A stretch of 64,000 nt of DNA from Nanobdellota archaeon. GTDB taxonomy: Archaea > Nanobdellota > Nanobdellia > Pacearchaeales > GW2011-AR1. The notes below the pieces were generated by a model that did not search any database, was not told the origin of the DNA, and saw only the letters and a program-made list of their open reading frames with translations. Positions within the stretch are counted from its first letter, which is position 1; each line of letters begins with the position of its first letter. The translations under genes and the position numbers were made by a program. The stretch lies in NCBI GenBank assembly GCA_021799535.1, contig JAJZAH010000002.1, positions 80,950 through 144,949 on the forward strand, in the 5' to 3' direction. Positions 52,880 through 63,226 of this stretch are shown here, piece by piece.

Positions 52880-53836
52880 ATGAAAAGGTTGTTATCCCTC
52901 CTGCTGATTGCCGTTCTTTTGGCCGGCTTTGTAAGTTTTGTGCATGCTGATGATTCTGTTAATGTGAATACAGGTGTGGGAACTGATAAAGGGTCTGTTT
53001 CTGCCTCTGCGGACACGAATGCATCTTATAACCAGAGCTCAAGCGGCCAGGTGCAAAGTCAGGACAGGGAAAATGAGATGAACCAGTCTCAGTCTGATAT
53101 ACAGGAAAGATTAATGCATCCTCTGAATGATGGGGGGCAAAGTGAGTATGAAAACGAAAGTGTTTATTCTTACCGCAGTGAAGATGGGGTGAGGAACCAG
53201 ATTACTGTAAGAGCTCGTGTCGGAAACGATGGGGAGGTTGAAAATGAGGTTGAGATGCACGGATACAATGTTTCAGTTTCTCCAGGACTTGGAGTTAATT
53301 TTTCAGGATATAGAAATGGAAGCGGGGTTATGATGAGGGCAAGACTTTTGGATGGCCAGGAAAAAGAAGTCAAAATATTGCCTGATGTCGCATCGCAGAC
53401 TGCGATAAGCAGATTCCAGAGCAAAAATATAACTGTTGTATTAAAGCAGGTAGGCAATGGCACAAATGCCGGTGTAGTTTATGAAGCATCGGCGAACAAG
53501 ACCGTTGCTCTTCTTGGGCTGTTTAAGGTCAGGGCCATATTGCAGGCAGAGATAAATGCAACTAACGGGGAAGTTATGAAATACAACCAACCTTGGTGGT
53601 ATTTCCTTGCGTTTGGAGGGTCTGGGGCACCGAAGGAATATTCAAACGGGACGGCAAATGAAAGCGTTAATGCGACGAACGAATCTGCAGGGGTTGTAGG
53701 TTCTAAAGGAAATGTAACTGTCAATGCAACTAATGCGTCGACGGTGAACGGTAGCATCGTGGTTTATGACAACGCGACAGGTGGTCGGAACGAAACGATC
53801 ATAAATAACTACGAGCCTAACGGAAGCAAATTGTAA
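52880..53836 (+). CDS. secreted Asn/Ser/Gly-rich protein with many N-glycosylation sequons
   Basis: Signal peptide MKRLLSLLLIAVLLAGFVSFVHA at ATG 52880 (TTTATAAA at 52851). C-terminal run of N-x-S/T sites. Confidence 0.55.
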   Translation: MKRLLSLLLIAVLLAGFVSFVHADDSVNVNTGVGTDKGSVSASADTNASYNQSSSGQVQSQDRENEMNQSQSDIQERLMHPLNDGGQSEYENESVYSYRSEDGVRNQITVRARVGNDGEVENEVEMHGYNVSVSPGLGVNFSGYRNGSGVMMRARLLDGQEKEVKILPDVASQTAISRFQSKNITVVLKQVGNGTNAGVVYEASANKTVALLGLFKVRAILQAEINATNGEVMKYNQPWWYFLAFGGSGAPKEYSNGTANESVNATNESAGVVGSKGNVTVNATNASTVNGSIVVYDNATGGRNETIINNYEPNGSKL

Positions 53837-53868
53837 GCTCCGGGATAAATCAGACAGTCAATGAAAGT

Positions 53869-54162
53869 ATGATTATTCTTTATCTTGAATTGAACAACAG
53901 CCAGTTTCTCTCGAAAGAATTAGGTTTCATCAACAACACGATGAATGTAAATGGTAGTGTGATAACTTATAATACGACTGCAAACACATTCAGATGCAAT
54001 GGCGGGCAGCTGAACTCTGCGATCCATGTGGCTTCATATTCCCCAGGACATGGAGTGCTCGGCGGATTCTATGACACCTACATTGTTGACTGCGGAAATT
54101 TCTATTTGGTTTATAATCCTGGTGATGCCGGGCCAGAAATATATGGGCCTTTCTTCAAGTAA
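53869..54162 (+). CDS. hypothetical protein (97 aa)
   Basis: ORF only. Confidence 0.35.
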   Translation: MIILYLELNNSQFLSKELGFINNTMNVNGSVITYNTTANTFRCNGGQLNSAIHVASYSPGHGVLGGFYDTYIVDCGNFYLVYNPGDAGPEIYGPFFK

Positions 54163-54238
54163 TTTTGCCTTAAGGGATGTTTAAAAAATAGAAAACGAAA
54201 CATAATTTTGTATTGGAGATTTTTGTGTTGTTGGCTTT

Positions 54239-55363
54239 TTAGTCCCTTTCAGGCTTATAAATAAATTTGTCTAAAGTTTTTTCGGCTTCTTTTCTTCTTT
54301 TCTGGTGTTCAGAGAGGAATTCATTTATCTTATCAATAAGGATTTTCTTGACTTCGCCGGATAACAGTTTCCCTTTGCTGTAATCTTCATAAATCTTTTC
54401 CAATTTATCGTCGTCCGGCTCGAAATATTTGAGCCACTGGCATGCCACATCCACTTCGACGTTCCCGCCGTATTTTCTCTGCTCTTCGGCTGTGTCACGT
54501 CCGCCTGAGAAAGCGTACTTGTTTATTTTTCTCTTGACTTCTTTGGGTGAATCTGTCATTAAGATTGCGCTATCGGGGTTCGAGGAAGACATTTTTCCCT
54601 CTATTCCAGTAAGGGGGGGCATGAATTTTGCATGTATTATCGCAGGCTTTTCATGGCCAAGCTTTTCAACGACATCCCTTGAAAGTCTGAAATGTACATC
54701 CTGATCTATCCCAAGCGGGATCAGGCATGGTCTTTTTTCATTTCTTAATACATTTGGGAGGAACACTGGGACTGTCTGCATTGCAGTGTAGAAAATACTC
54801 CCTATGTTGTTTGAATCGTTGAATCCAAAAGCTGCTTTTATAGACGAGAAAGTTATTTTCTTGGCTACCTTGACAGCTTCAGGGTACATTATCCCCGCGT
54901 GCTTAGTGTCTATAAGAAAATGGGTCTTTTTTGGGTCGAATCCGAGGGCTATCACATCAAGCATGTTCTCATGGAGCCATTTTTGTATCTCTTCCCATTT
55001 CGCCTCCTGCTTGAATAGGAATTTCTCCTCGTCTGGAAATTGGAACCAGACTTCAACGCCGAATTTTTCCTGAAGCCATTTCATAAAAATCCAGACACTT
55101 ATATGTCCTATATGTATAGGACCTGATGGGGCTCTTCCTGTGTAAAGGAAAAATTTGTTTCCTTTCCTGTATTCGTCAAAGATTTTTTTTAAGTCCCTGT
55201 AAGCGAAAAATATCCCTCTTCTGAGGTAAGGATGAATTTCTCCTGCGATATCTTCAATCTCCTTTAATACTTCAGAAGTTATTTTCTTCACCCCGAACTC
55301 TTTTATCAGTTTATCATAATCGATCTCCCCCTGAACTTCATAGGGGTTAACTTTCTGAGCCAT
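54239..55363 (-). CDS. trpS: tryptophanyl-tRNA synthetase (archaeal/eukaryotic type)
   Basis: YTGRAPSGPIHIGH...KWLQEKFGVEVWFQFPDEEKFLF and KMSSSNPDSAI. TTTATATA 21 nt before the ATG. Confidence 0.85.
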   Translation of the reverse strand: MAQKVNPYEVQGEIDYDKLIKEFGVKKITSEVLKEIEDIAGEIHPYLRRGIFFAYRDLKKIFDEYRKGNKFFLYTGRAPSGPIHIGHISVWIFMKWLQEKFGVEVWFQFPDEEKFLFKQEAKWEEIQKWLHENMLDVIALGFDPKKTHFLIDTKHAGIMYPEAVKVAKKITFSSIKAAFGFNDSNNIGSIFYTAMQTVPVFLPNVLRNEKRPCLIPLGIDQDVHFRLSRDVVEKLGHEKPAIIHAKFMPPLTGIEGKMSSSNPDSAILMTDSPKEVKRKINKYAFSGGRDTAEEQRKYGGNVEVDVACQWLKYFEPDDDKLEKIYEDYSKGKLLSGEVKKILIDKINEFLSEHQKRRKEAEKTLDKFIYKPERD

Positions 55364-55803
55364 TTTTTAACTATGCGAAGTTTCTATATAAAGATTTTGA
55401 AAACATAACATAGAAATTCATATTTTGAAAAGTTAAGCTTTCTTTATGGGAAAGGAAGGTGAACTGAGTGAACTTATAAATCTTGAGGAGAGGGTATGAA
55501 ACCTTTTGGGAAGTATTACTTTTGGTCAGGTTAGGGAATTGAATTTTGAGTATTTTTCTTATATCACCAGCTTCCTGTCATGGTCGCCTTGGAGCTTATC
55601 AAAACCAAAGCCAGGATAAGCATAAGACATATTACTAATGCAAATTCTATTATGTGCACGAGCCGCTTGTGGGTCCTTCTTTCCATGCAAATCCGGGTCA
55701 TTTGTTATTAATATATCTATCTTTTTTGCGGCAAATCTATTTTCCGCTACCATACATTTTATAAATAAATCTCTCGTTAATTTTTAATAAAGAAGTGGTA
55801 AAA

Positions 55804-57945
55804 ATGAAGGAAGTTTTATCTGTCTTGGCTTTTTGCGTTTTTACTGCCTTATTTGTGTCTTTTGCATCCGCGGGTGCGGTAAGTTTTGCCAATCAGCCAA
55901 ATTCGGTTTATAACATGGGGGATAATATCAACGCGACTCTGACCATAAATTCCCAAAGTGCCTTCGAAAGTGTTGTTTCAATATACCTTGAATGTCCCGG
56001 CAGCAGGGTAGAGGTGTATAAAGAGTTTCTTTCTTTAAGTTCTCCTGCACAAAAAGAAGTTGTTGTCCCTCTTGTAAAATCCTTGATTGGCTATCAGTCA
56101 GGGATTTGCAGGCTTGAGGCTTATGAAGACAATGTTTCCGCGGCTGTTTCTGGGAATTTCGGGATCTCTAACTCTATAACAGTAGATCTTCTTGACTGGG
56201 GAAGTCCGATGAATCCGGGTCAGGAAATAAATTTTACCGGATCTGCCATAAAACAGGACGGAAGGCCTGCAAATGGGTTTTACAGCGCCAGGATTGACAA
56301 CACGACCCTGAGCGGCAACGTTAAAGACGGAGTTTTTAATCTGGAGCTTGCGCTTCCATCCGATTCAGCAGCAGGGCAGCATGAGCTTGATCTAAATGTT
56401 TCTGAAGAAGATTCCTCGGGCAATATCGTGAACTCCGGAAGCAAAATCTATTTCATAAATGTCAATCATGTCCCTACAAATGTCGAGGTGCTTCTTGACA
56501 ATACAAATGTGACCCCTGGAAAAAGCATAAGTGGGAAGATTATCCTTCATGATCAGACAGGTGAGGACATATCAGGCGGGGATGCTTATGTTGCTGTGAA
56601 AGACTCTTCAGGCGCGATTGTAGGCAAAATCGCAACAAAAACTGGAGATAAATTCAGTTATCCGATCAATTCGACTGAGCCTCCTTCAATTTTCACGGTC
56701 TCGGCTTATGCCGACGGAATAATAAACAGTGCTTACGTAAACGTACTTGAAAACAGGGAAGTGACCTCAGATATAATTAATAACACTCTGCTTCTGACGA
56801 ACACAGGAAATGTCTTTTACAACGATACACTTCTTGTGAGGATAGGGGAAGATAATGTGAGTGTTCCTGTGTCTCTTGGAGTTGGAATGTCGCAAAAATA
56901 TATAATAAGCGCTCCTGACGGAGAGTATAATGTCTCTGTTGGCAGCTCACATAGCACGGTTTTCCTCTCAGGCAATGCAGTAGACCTTCAGAAAGTGGAT
57001 GAAGGGAATTTGAACGTAAACATACTAATATGGGTTTTTCTTATTGTGATCCTTGCTTTGGGTCTTTATTTTATGGTGAAAAGAAATTATAAAAAGAAGT
57101 TCGTGACGAAAAAGAAAATTCTGAAGAATTCCACTGGAGATTTTGTCGTCGTGCGTCATGATTTTCAGAAAGGCAGGCAAGCGGAAGACAAAGTTTCGCA
57201 AGTTCCACCTGCAGACAAAAGCGCCCCCCTTTTCAATCCTGGGAGGAAGGTCGAGATATCACTTTCAATATCCGGGACCAAACAGAATTCTTCAGTTGGA
57301 TGTATCTCATTCAGGAATTATCCCGAGATAAGTTCGGGGGAGGGCAATGTGCGTGAGACTCTGAGCAAAGTGAAAGAGGCCGTTGAGGACTCCAAAGGTT
57401 TTGTCTATCAAAACGGAAGTTACCTGTTTTTTATCTTTGCACCTTCATTCACAAGGACTTTCAAGAACCAGAAGGAGGCTGTGGCTGTGGGCAAGAAGAT
57501 AAAGAGGGTGCTTGATGACCATAATAAAAAATTCAGGAAAAAAATAGAGTACGGACTTTCCCTAAATTATGGGCCTGTTATAACAAAACTCGAGCATAAT
57601 GTGATAAAATTCATGAGCCTTGGCACCATAATGATTTCGGCAAAGAAGATAGCTAATAGCTCAGACGGAAGCATTCTCATATCCGAGAGATTCAAAGAAA
57701 ATCTTGAGGATGGTGTCAAGGGTTCTCCTATGGATCTTGGAGGCATGAAAGCTTACAAGCTTGATAATCTTGTTGACAAAAACAGTCATTCTACCTTTTT
57801 ATCGGGCTTCCTTGCGCGTCAGGAGAAAGAGAGGCAGAAATCGGCTGAAGAGAAAAAACCTAAAACTGCTGCGCTTTCCTCTGAAGACACCTCTGTAATA
57901 GATGGCAGCTCAGAAGGAAGTGAGGATACGGAAGGGATTCTCTAG
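55804..57945 (+). CDS. single-pass receptor-like protein: signal peptide, ~390-aa ectodomain, TM, cytoplasmic domain resembling a degenerate class III nucleotidyl cyclase fold
   Basis: MKEVLSVLAFCVFTALFVSFASA; TM ILIWVFLIVILALGLYFMV. The cytoplasmic ..GSYLFFIFAP...EAVAVGKKIKRVL...IEYGLSLNYGPVITK....FMSLGTIMISAKKIANSSDGSILISERF follows the GD..F / A...A..I / IGIH.G.V / G..VN.A.R....A..G.ILIS order by eye. Confidence 0.5.
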   Translation: MKEVLSVLAFCVFTALFVSFASAGAVSFANQPNSVYNMGDNINATLTINSQSAFESVVSIYLECPGSRVEVYKEFLSLSSPAQKEVVVPLVKSLIGYQSGICRLEAYEDNVSAAVSGNFGISNSITVDLLDWGSPMNPGQEINFTGSAIKQDGRPANGFYSARIDNTTLSGNVKDGVFNLELALPSDSAAGQHELDLNVSEEDSSGNIVNSGSKIYFINVNHVPTNVEVLLDNTNVTPGKSISGKIILHDQTGEDISGGDAYVAVKDSSGAIVGKIATKTGDKFSYPINSTEPPSIFTVSAYADGIINSAYVNVLENREVTSDIINNTLLLTNTGNVFYNDTLLVRIGEDNVSVPVSLGVGMSQKYIISAPDGEYNVSVGSSHSTVFLSGNAVDLQKVDEGNLNVNILIWVFLIVILALGLYFMVKRNYKKKFVTKKKILKNSTGDFVVVRHDFQKGRQAEDKVSQVPPADKSAPLFNPGRKVEISLSISGTKQNSSVGCISFRNYPEISSGEGNVRETLSKVKEAVEDSKGFVYQNGSYLFFIFAPSFTRTFKNQKEAVAVGKKIKRVLDDHNKKFRKKIEYGLSLNYGPVITKLEHNVIKFMSLGTIMISAKKIANSSDGSILISERFKENLEDGVKGSPMDLGGMKAYKLDNLVDKNSHSTFLSGFLARQEKERQKSAEEKKPKTAALSSEDTSVIDGSSEGSEDTEGIL

Positions 57946-58094
57946 CTGGTCCGCAAGTTCCTTATTACATTCTGATACTTCCAAGGTCCTGCCTTGAGAA
58001 GTGGGATTGTGAAACCTGACAGCAATATCCTGTTTGAATGATCCGTTCCCCAGGCTTTATCGTAAAATCTCTCACGTGGTCTTGCCACGGGAAG

Positions 58095-59045
58095 CTACTG
58101 TTTTTTATCTTTATTTGCTTTATTATTCTTAGCTTCGTTTTTTCCTTGACCAACCGACTTGTTTGCTTTCTGGTTTAATACAGTCTCTTTGTCCGCCTCT
58201 TTTTTTATCTCTTCTTTTACTTCTTTTTTGACCAGCTCTTCAACTTCTTCTTTTGTCACATTTTCTTCCGGACTTCCTCTTTTGTCCTTTCTTATTTTCT
58301 CAAAAATTGATTCTATGAAACTTCCGATTTTTATTCCCGCTCTTAAGAACCCAAAGATTATCCCGGCTACGACTAAAATTATTCCTGCTGCAAACATCAG
58401 ATCTGATGCTGCCGGAGCTTGGCTGAAAAAGACGGGCAGGACCCTAAAAGGCAGGAATTCAGATATCCCTGATATTATCCATTCGATCTGCCTGAAGGGC
58501 AGTGATGAAAGTATTGCTGTGATGCCTGCGATTATAAATGCGTTATGCTTTTCTTTTGAGAAAAGAAATATCAGTGCGAATATGGCAAGGGACACAAAGA
58601 TCATAGCAATAAGTTTTGAGTTCCAATAATCTTCCGCTGCTTTTGACAATATGACTGAATTTTCAGATTTTATGCATTCGATGAAATTGCAGCTATAATT
58701 TTTATAATACAATTCATTTGCTGTTGCATTGATTAAATAATCTATTGTTGTTTTGGCCCCCGAGTTTATGACTGTGCACGGGACGCTTATATCATTGTTT
58801 TCAAACGTGAAATTGACCAGTGGAGTTGAGTTTGAGCATTCCATGTTTTTTTGGGCCAGTTCTTGGATCGCTGTCGCGCTAGCTCCTGATGACTGGGCGA
58901 ATTCCGAAGTCGTGTTAATGAGATAAGGGTGTATACTGCTGTAACTTATAGAATAGCTTAAAGTCAGGAAGATATTTACAGCGAATAAAGAGATAAAGAG
59001 AAGTATTGTAAGAGTGAAAATGATGGTTCCTCTTATTATTCCCAT
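58095..59045 (-). CDS. membrane protein (316 aa) with Lys/Glu-rich C-terminal tail
   Basis: N-terminal TM, a Cys-containing ectodomain, three more TMs, and a charged tail (EEVEELVKKEVKEEIKKEADKE). Confidence 0.5.
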   Translation of the reverse strand: MGIIRGTIIFTLTILLFISLFAVNIFLTLSYSISYSSIHPYLINTTSEFAQSSGASATAIQELAQKNMECSNSTPLVNFTFENNDISVPCTVINSGAKTTIDYLINATANELYYKNYSCNFIECIKSENSVILSKAAEDYWNSKLIAMIFVSLAIFALIFLFSKEKHNAFIIAGITAILSSLPFRQIEWIISGISEFLPFRVLPVFFSQAPAASDLMFAAGIILVVAGIIFGFLRAGIKIGSFIESIFEKIRKDKRGSPEENVTKEEVEELVKKEVKEEIKKEADKETVLNQKANKSVGQGKNEAKNNKANKDKKQ

Positions 59046-59075
59046 TATGTACAGATGGACAGGAGATTTATAAAA

Positions 59076-59552
59076 TTATTCGGATTTTTTCTTTTTGTTT
59101 AATTTGTCGATACCTGCAAGCGAGAGTGCAAGAATTGCGACACCGCCAAGTTCCTCGTAATATCCTAAGTCGGATTTTCCATGCAAGGCTTCTTTTTCTT
59201 TCTCTTCAGTCTCTTTTATTTTCCATTTAACCTCTTTTAACGCTTCATTACAATAATACCTTGATGAGCTTAAGCCAGAAGACTCTAATCTTGAAAGGCT
59301 TCCGTTGAGCTTGTCCATGACGTCTGAATTGTAGGGAATTTTTTTTATGTCGAGGTTATGAGCTATATTTGTGAGCTTGGACTTTGTGCTGTCAAGGTCT
59401 CTTTTTACCTGCGTGAGTTTTTCGAGTTCCTTTTCAGTTGTTTCATTCCTTTGCATGACCAGGCTATGTCCTTCATAAGCCAGATGCCCCCCATAAACAG
59501 CCGCTGCAATCAACGGGACATAAAGAATTTTTTTCACCGGTCCTGATACCAT
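59076..59552 (-). CDS. membrane-anchored coiled-coil protein (158 aa)
   Basis: ORF with terminal hydrophobic segments and a central helical, charged region. Confidence 0.45.
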   Translation of the reverse strand: MVSGPVKKILYVPLIAAAVYGGHLAYEGHSLVMQRNETTEKELEKLTQVKRDLDSTKSKLTNIAHNLDIKKIPYNSDVMDKLNGSLSRLESSGLSSSRYYCNEALKEVKWKIKETEEKEKEALHGKSDLGYYEELGGVAILALSLAGIDKLNKKKKSE

Positions 59553-59593
59553 CGGAATTCGATGGGCAGCTTATTTTTAAGTTTTATTGTATT

Positions 59594-60472
59594 TTACATT
59601 CTTTTCAGGACATCTATCCTTTTTTCTATAGGCGGGTGGGTTGATGAAAGATTCTTGAACGGATTTGAGAAAAACATAGGTGCGAGAGCTTTTGAAACCT
59701 TTTTCTCCGGTTGTGTCTCCTTCTCAATCTTCTCAAGCGCTCCTATCAACCCTTCGGGATTTCTTGTAAATTTCACGGCTGTCGCGTCAGCTGTGTATTC
59801 TCTCCTTCTCGATATTGCAAGCTGCACGAACATAATCGCTATAGGGGCCAAAATTGCGAGCACAATGCCGATGATGACGAAGATTCCAGAATTTTTGTTG
59901 TCATTGCCCCCGCTTTTAAACCACAGGCTTCTTAGGAATATCTGAGATATTATTGAAATCATTCCCACCATCACAGTGACGAGGGTTATGAATCTTATGT
60001 CGTAATTCTTCACATGTCCCATCTCATGCGCGAGAACCCCTTCAAGTTCTCTTCTTTCAAGCTTGTCAAGCGCTCCTGTTGTGACGCAGACCACCGCATG
60101 TTTTGGGTCTCTTCCGCTGGCGAATGCGTTTATAGACGGAGAATCCATAACATACAGCTTTGGCATTGGAAGAGATGATGCGACAGTGAGGCTTTCAACG
60201 AGCCTGTAATAATCGCGGTACTTCACCTTATCAGCCGGCTTCGCACCTACAGAATTTATAGCTATCTTATCTGAATTGTAAAATCCGAACCATGTGTAAA
60301 TAATGGATATTATTACTGCGAGAATCATTATGAAAAAGAAGTAGCTTGGATCAAAAGCTAGTGAGATAACATACCCCAAAAGCACTATCACTATGAACAC
60401 CCCTATCATTAAGAAGACAGAGTTTCTCTTGTTCCTTGAAATCTGGTCCCGAAAGTCAATGTATTTTTCCAT
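59594..60472 (-). CDS. htpX: M48-family zinc metalloprotease HtpX
   Basis: GVLAHEMGHVKNYD, two N-terminal and two central TMs, C-terminal THPP..RI. TTTTAAAA 21 nt before the ATG. Confidence 0.85.
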   Translation of the reverse strand: MEKYIDFRDQISRNKRNSVFLMIGVFIVIVLLGYVISLAFDPSYFFFIMILAVIISIIYTWFGFYNSDKIAINSVGAKPADKVKYRDYYRLVESLTVASSLPMPKLYVMDSPSINAFASGRDPKHAVVCVTTGALDKLERRELEGVLAHEMGHVKNYDIRFITLVTVMVGMISIISQIFLRSLWFKSGGNDNKNSGIFVIIGIVLAILAPIAIMFVQLAISRRREYTADATAVKFTRNPEGLIGALEKIEKETQPEKKVSKALAPMFFSNPFKNLSSTHPPIEKRIDVLKRM

Positions 60473-60626
60473 GGAAAAATTAAGACTGATGAGTTTTAAA
60501 AGGTAATGAATGAATGGATTTATAATTATTTAATTTTTTATTAATTTATGAAACTTGATGTCCCTTTTTTTAAAGTACTTGAAAAAAAGATACTCCCATA
60601 CAATCCGAAGAATGTCGAGCAATTTT

Positions 60627-61475
60627 TTATGTGCGCGTTTGAAAAACCTGATGGGGAATATCTGTGCCATCCGGGACTTTCCAATCGTAAAATGCACCAA
60701 GAGGATCAAAAATCTTCATTCCAGCATTAAACATATTCCTCACTTCATTAAGATCCAATTTTATATCTTCTTTTTTTATTCCTGAAAGCTTATAACATTT
60801 TTCTTCGTCAAGGCCAATTTCTCTTCCAAGAGCAAAAACCGAGCTTATGCAATCTGATGTCAATGAAGGCAGGTTATCACCAAGATTTATTTGAGCAATC
60901 TCTTTCCTCATTTTTCTGTAAATATTATAAACTTTTCCCATTTTCCGAATTATTTTTTTCGTTAACCCAGGATGATACTGCGCATAATTTATGAAATCGT
61001 AATAATCAAACTTATCACTTATCCTTCCGTAATGAGATAACTCTTTTGAGTCTTTGTTTAAGAACAATTCTCTAGCTAATGATTCCGCTGTATCTGGAAA
61101 TTGCCACAATATATTTCTAATGAAAAAAGGATCGTCTCTAATAGTCGGGGTCTTATTGGTGATATATTTAAGATCCTCTCTTATTTCCAAAGCTGATTGC
61201 TTTGTCTCCTCTTGGTTAATGTTTGAATCTAAAATATTCTGGAGCAATTTCTTTGATTTTTTGTATTGTATTAACCGTTTTTCTTCACGTTCTCTTCTTG
61301 ATTTGGATTCTCCTTTTTCGAGGAAATGGAATATCCTGTAAAATCCCCTGGGCTTAGAATATTTTGCTGCGTTGTATATCCAATTATCTATAACGCTCCT
61401 GCCTTCTTTTGAATATTCCCAGGGTTCCAAACATTTTTGTGCTATCTCTTTAAGTCTTTCATCTATTGTTTTCAT
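60627..61475 (-). CDS. hypothetical protein, downstream member of a tandem paralog pair
   Basis: Shares the start MKTIDE and the modules YAQYHPGLTKKIIRKMGKVYNIYRK / LGREIGLDEEKCYKLSGIKKEDI with the upstream gene. Start set at M19 of the track ORF (alternative 61529). Confidence 0.5.
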   Translation of the reverse strand: MKTIDERLKEIAQKCLEPWEYSKEGRSVIDNWIYNAAKYSKPRGFYRIFHFLEKGESKSRREREEKRLIQYKKSKKLLQNILDSNINQEETKQSALEIREDLKYITNKTPTIRDDPFFIRNILWQFPDTAESLARELFLNKDSKELSHYGRISDKFDYYDFINYAQYHPGLTKKIIRKMGKVYNIYRKMRKEIAQINLGDNLPSLTSDCISSVFALGREIGLDEEKCYKLSGIKKEDIKLDLNEVRNMFNAGMKIFDPLGAFYDWKVPDGTDIPHQVFQTRT

Positions 61476-61476
61476 T

Positions 61477-61953
61477 TTAGTCCACATTTCTATCGCAAAA
61501 TCTATCTCCTTTGAAAATGTGCTTTTCATCCATCAGTTTTTTGACGATCTTTTTTTCTTCCTCTATCTCCCCACTTTTTATGCCTGCATATCTGTAAGCC
61601 TTTTCGTTTGAGAATCCAATTTCATAACCTAAGAATGCTACTTGGTCTTGGCATTCATAAGTTTTATTAGTGAGCCCGTAATTGCAAACGTTGATGATTG
61701 ATCCAATTGGATTTCCTCCCTTTGCCCAGTCATTTCTCGCTGTTTTGTATACCTTCCCGATTTTTTTAACTAGTTTTTTTGTAAGTCTTGGATACAGCGA
61801 AGCATATATTACAAAGTTTGGGTAGTCATACATCTCCTTCATGCTCTGAGAGGATCCAACAATATCTTTTGCATTTACCTTTAAAAAATCCTTTACCTTC
61901 TTCACTATATTTGTTGAATTATTCTCTTTGCATGTATCTTCTATCGTTTTCAT
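61477..61953 (-). CDS. hypothetical protein, upstream member of a tandem paralog pair
   Basis: MKTIEDT...YASLYPRLTKKLVKKIGKVYKTARN...LGYEIGFSNEKAYRYAGIKSGEI. Confidence 0.5.
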   Translation of the reverse strand: MKTIEDTCKENNSTNIVKKVKDFLKVNAKDIVGSSQSMKEMYDYPNFVIYASLYPRLTKKLVKKIGKVYKTARNDWAKGGNPIGSIINVCNYGLTNKTYECQDQVAFLGYEIGFSNEKAYRYAGIKSGEIEEEKKIVKKLMDEKHIFKGDRFCDRNVD

Positions 61954-62093
61954 CTTTTTATTTTCCCCTTTTCAACTCTCTGTGAATTTGATTTATCATA
62001 GAAAAGTAACAACTACATGATATAATAAACTTATTATCATATTTTACGTCAAAAAGGAAATATTTATATATTAAAATACTTTTTATTCTTATA

Positions 62094-63062
62094 ATGGAAA
62101 AACTTGATCTCAAGGATTACAAAATACTCTATGAGTTGGATCTCAACAGTCGACAGTCTTTCAAGGAAATCGGGAATAAAGTCGGGCTCAGCAAAGACTC
62201 AATAATATATAGAATAAATCAGCTTAAGGAAAAGGGAGTGATAAAGGGGTTTCATACCGTTTTTGACGTCGGAAAACTTGGATTTACATCATTTAGGGTC
62301 TATCTCAAACTTGAAAAAACCAATCAGGAAAAGGAAGAGGAAATGATAAATTTTCTTGTGAATAAAAAGATTGTCACATGGGTGGTTTCAATTTCAGGGG
62401 AATATGATTTGGGTTTTTGGATTCTCTCGGAAAAGCTTGATGAGATGAATAGATTATGGAAAGAATTGTTTCATAGATACAGGGATTTCATAGAGAAAAG
62501 CAATCTCGCGATATTTACTAAGATTTCATATTTCTCTAGGAATTACCTTTCAAAAAATAGCACCAAGAAAAAAGAGTACATCTTTGTGACTGAGCCAAAT
62601 AAAGTCAAACTTGACAAAAAAGATTTAGGAATTATTAATTTGTTATCAGGAAATTCAAGAGTTCCGATTCTGGAAATTTCCCAAAAGTTGAAGATGACCC
62701 CAAAAACTGCTGCTTCTAGAATAAATCAACTTGAGAAGGATGGGGTAATTGTGGGTTACCGCACAATGTTTGATCTTGAAAGGTTAGGCTATGAATATTT
62801 TAAGGTCCATTTCAATTTGCACAATCTCACAGGTCAGAAAGGGAAGCAGTTTATGGGATTTCTCTTTTCTCATCCGAATGTTATCTACAACAATGAAGTT
62901 ATTGGTGGTGATGATGTAGAGATTGAGATACAGACTGAATCTCTTGAGAGCCTCAGAAAAATTCTCAATGAAATAAAAAATAGGTTCTCAGACATCATAA
63001 AAAATTATAAATATCTAAGTTTCTATAAGGAGCACAAATACATCTTCTTCCCTAAGTCTTGA
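62094..63062 (+). CDS. Lrp/AsnC-family regulator with two tandem HTH+RAM modules (paralog 3 of 3)
   Basis: DYKILYELDLNSRQSFKEIGNKVGLSKDSIIYRINQLKEKGVIKGF and DLGIINLLSGNSRVPILEISQKLKMTPKTAASRINQLEKDGVIVGY. Confidence 0.75.
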   Translation: MEKLDLKDYKILYELDLNSRQSFKEIGNKVGLSKDSIIYRINQLKEKGVIKGFHTVFDVGKLGFTSFRVYLKLEKTNQEKEEEMINFLVNKKIVTWVVSISGEYDLGFWILSEKLDEMNRLWKELFHRYRDFIEKSNLAIFTKISYFSRNYLSKNSTKKKEYIFVTEPNKVKLDKKDLGIINLLSGNSRVPILEISQKLKMTPKTAASRINQLEKDGVIVGYRTMFDLERLGYEYFKVHFNLHNLTGQKGKQFMGFLFSHPNVIYNNEVIGGDDVEIEIQTESLESLRKILNEIKNRFSDIIKNYKYLSFYKEHKYIFFPKS

Positions 63063-63226
63063 GGATTCAATATCTTTCACTTCACCTGTGAGTTTGTCTG
63101 GACTCATGTAGAATTAATCTATCTTCCAAAAGCCCTGATGTCCATATAGAATTTACTAAAACATTTCCCAATAAACCCAGCAAGAATCCAAGAATTATAA
63201 TTGTCTTTGTTTAATTGTTTCTTGAT

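Noticed and set aside
55559-55753. 64-aa minus-strand ORF between trpS and the receptor-like gene.
   Set aside because: The only TATA-like box is 4 nt from its ATG, which is the wrong spacing and more likely serves the plus-strand gene. It has no motif and an atypical composition, so it is not reported as a gene.
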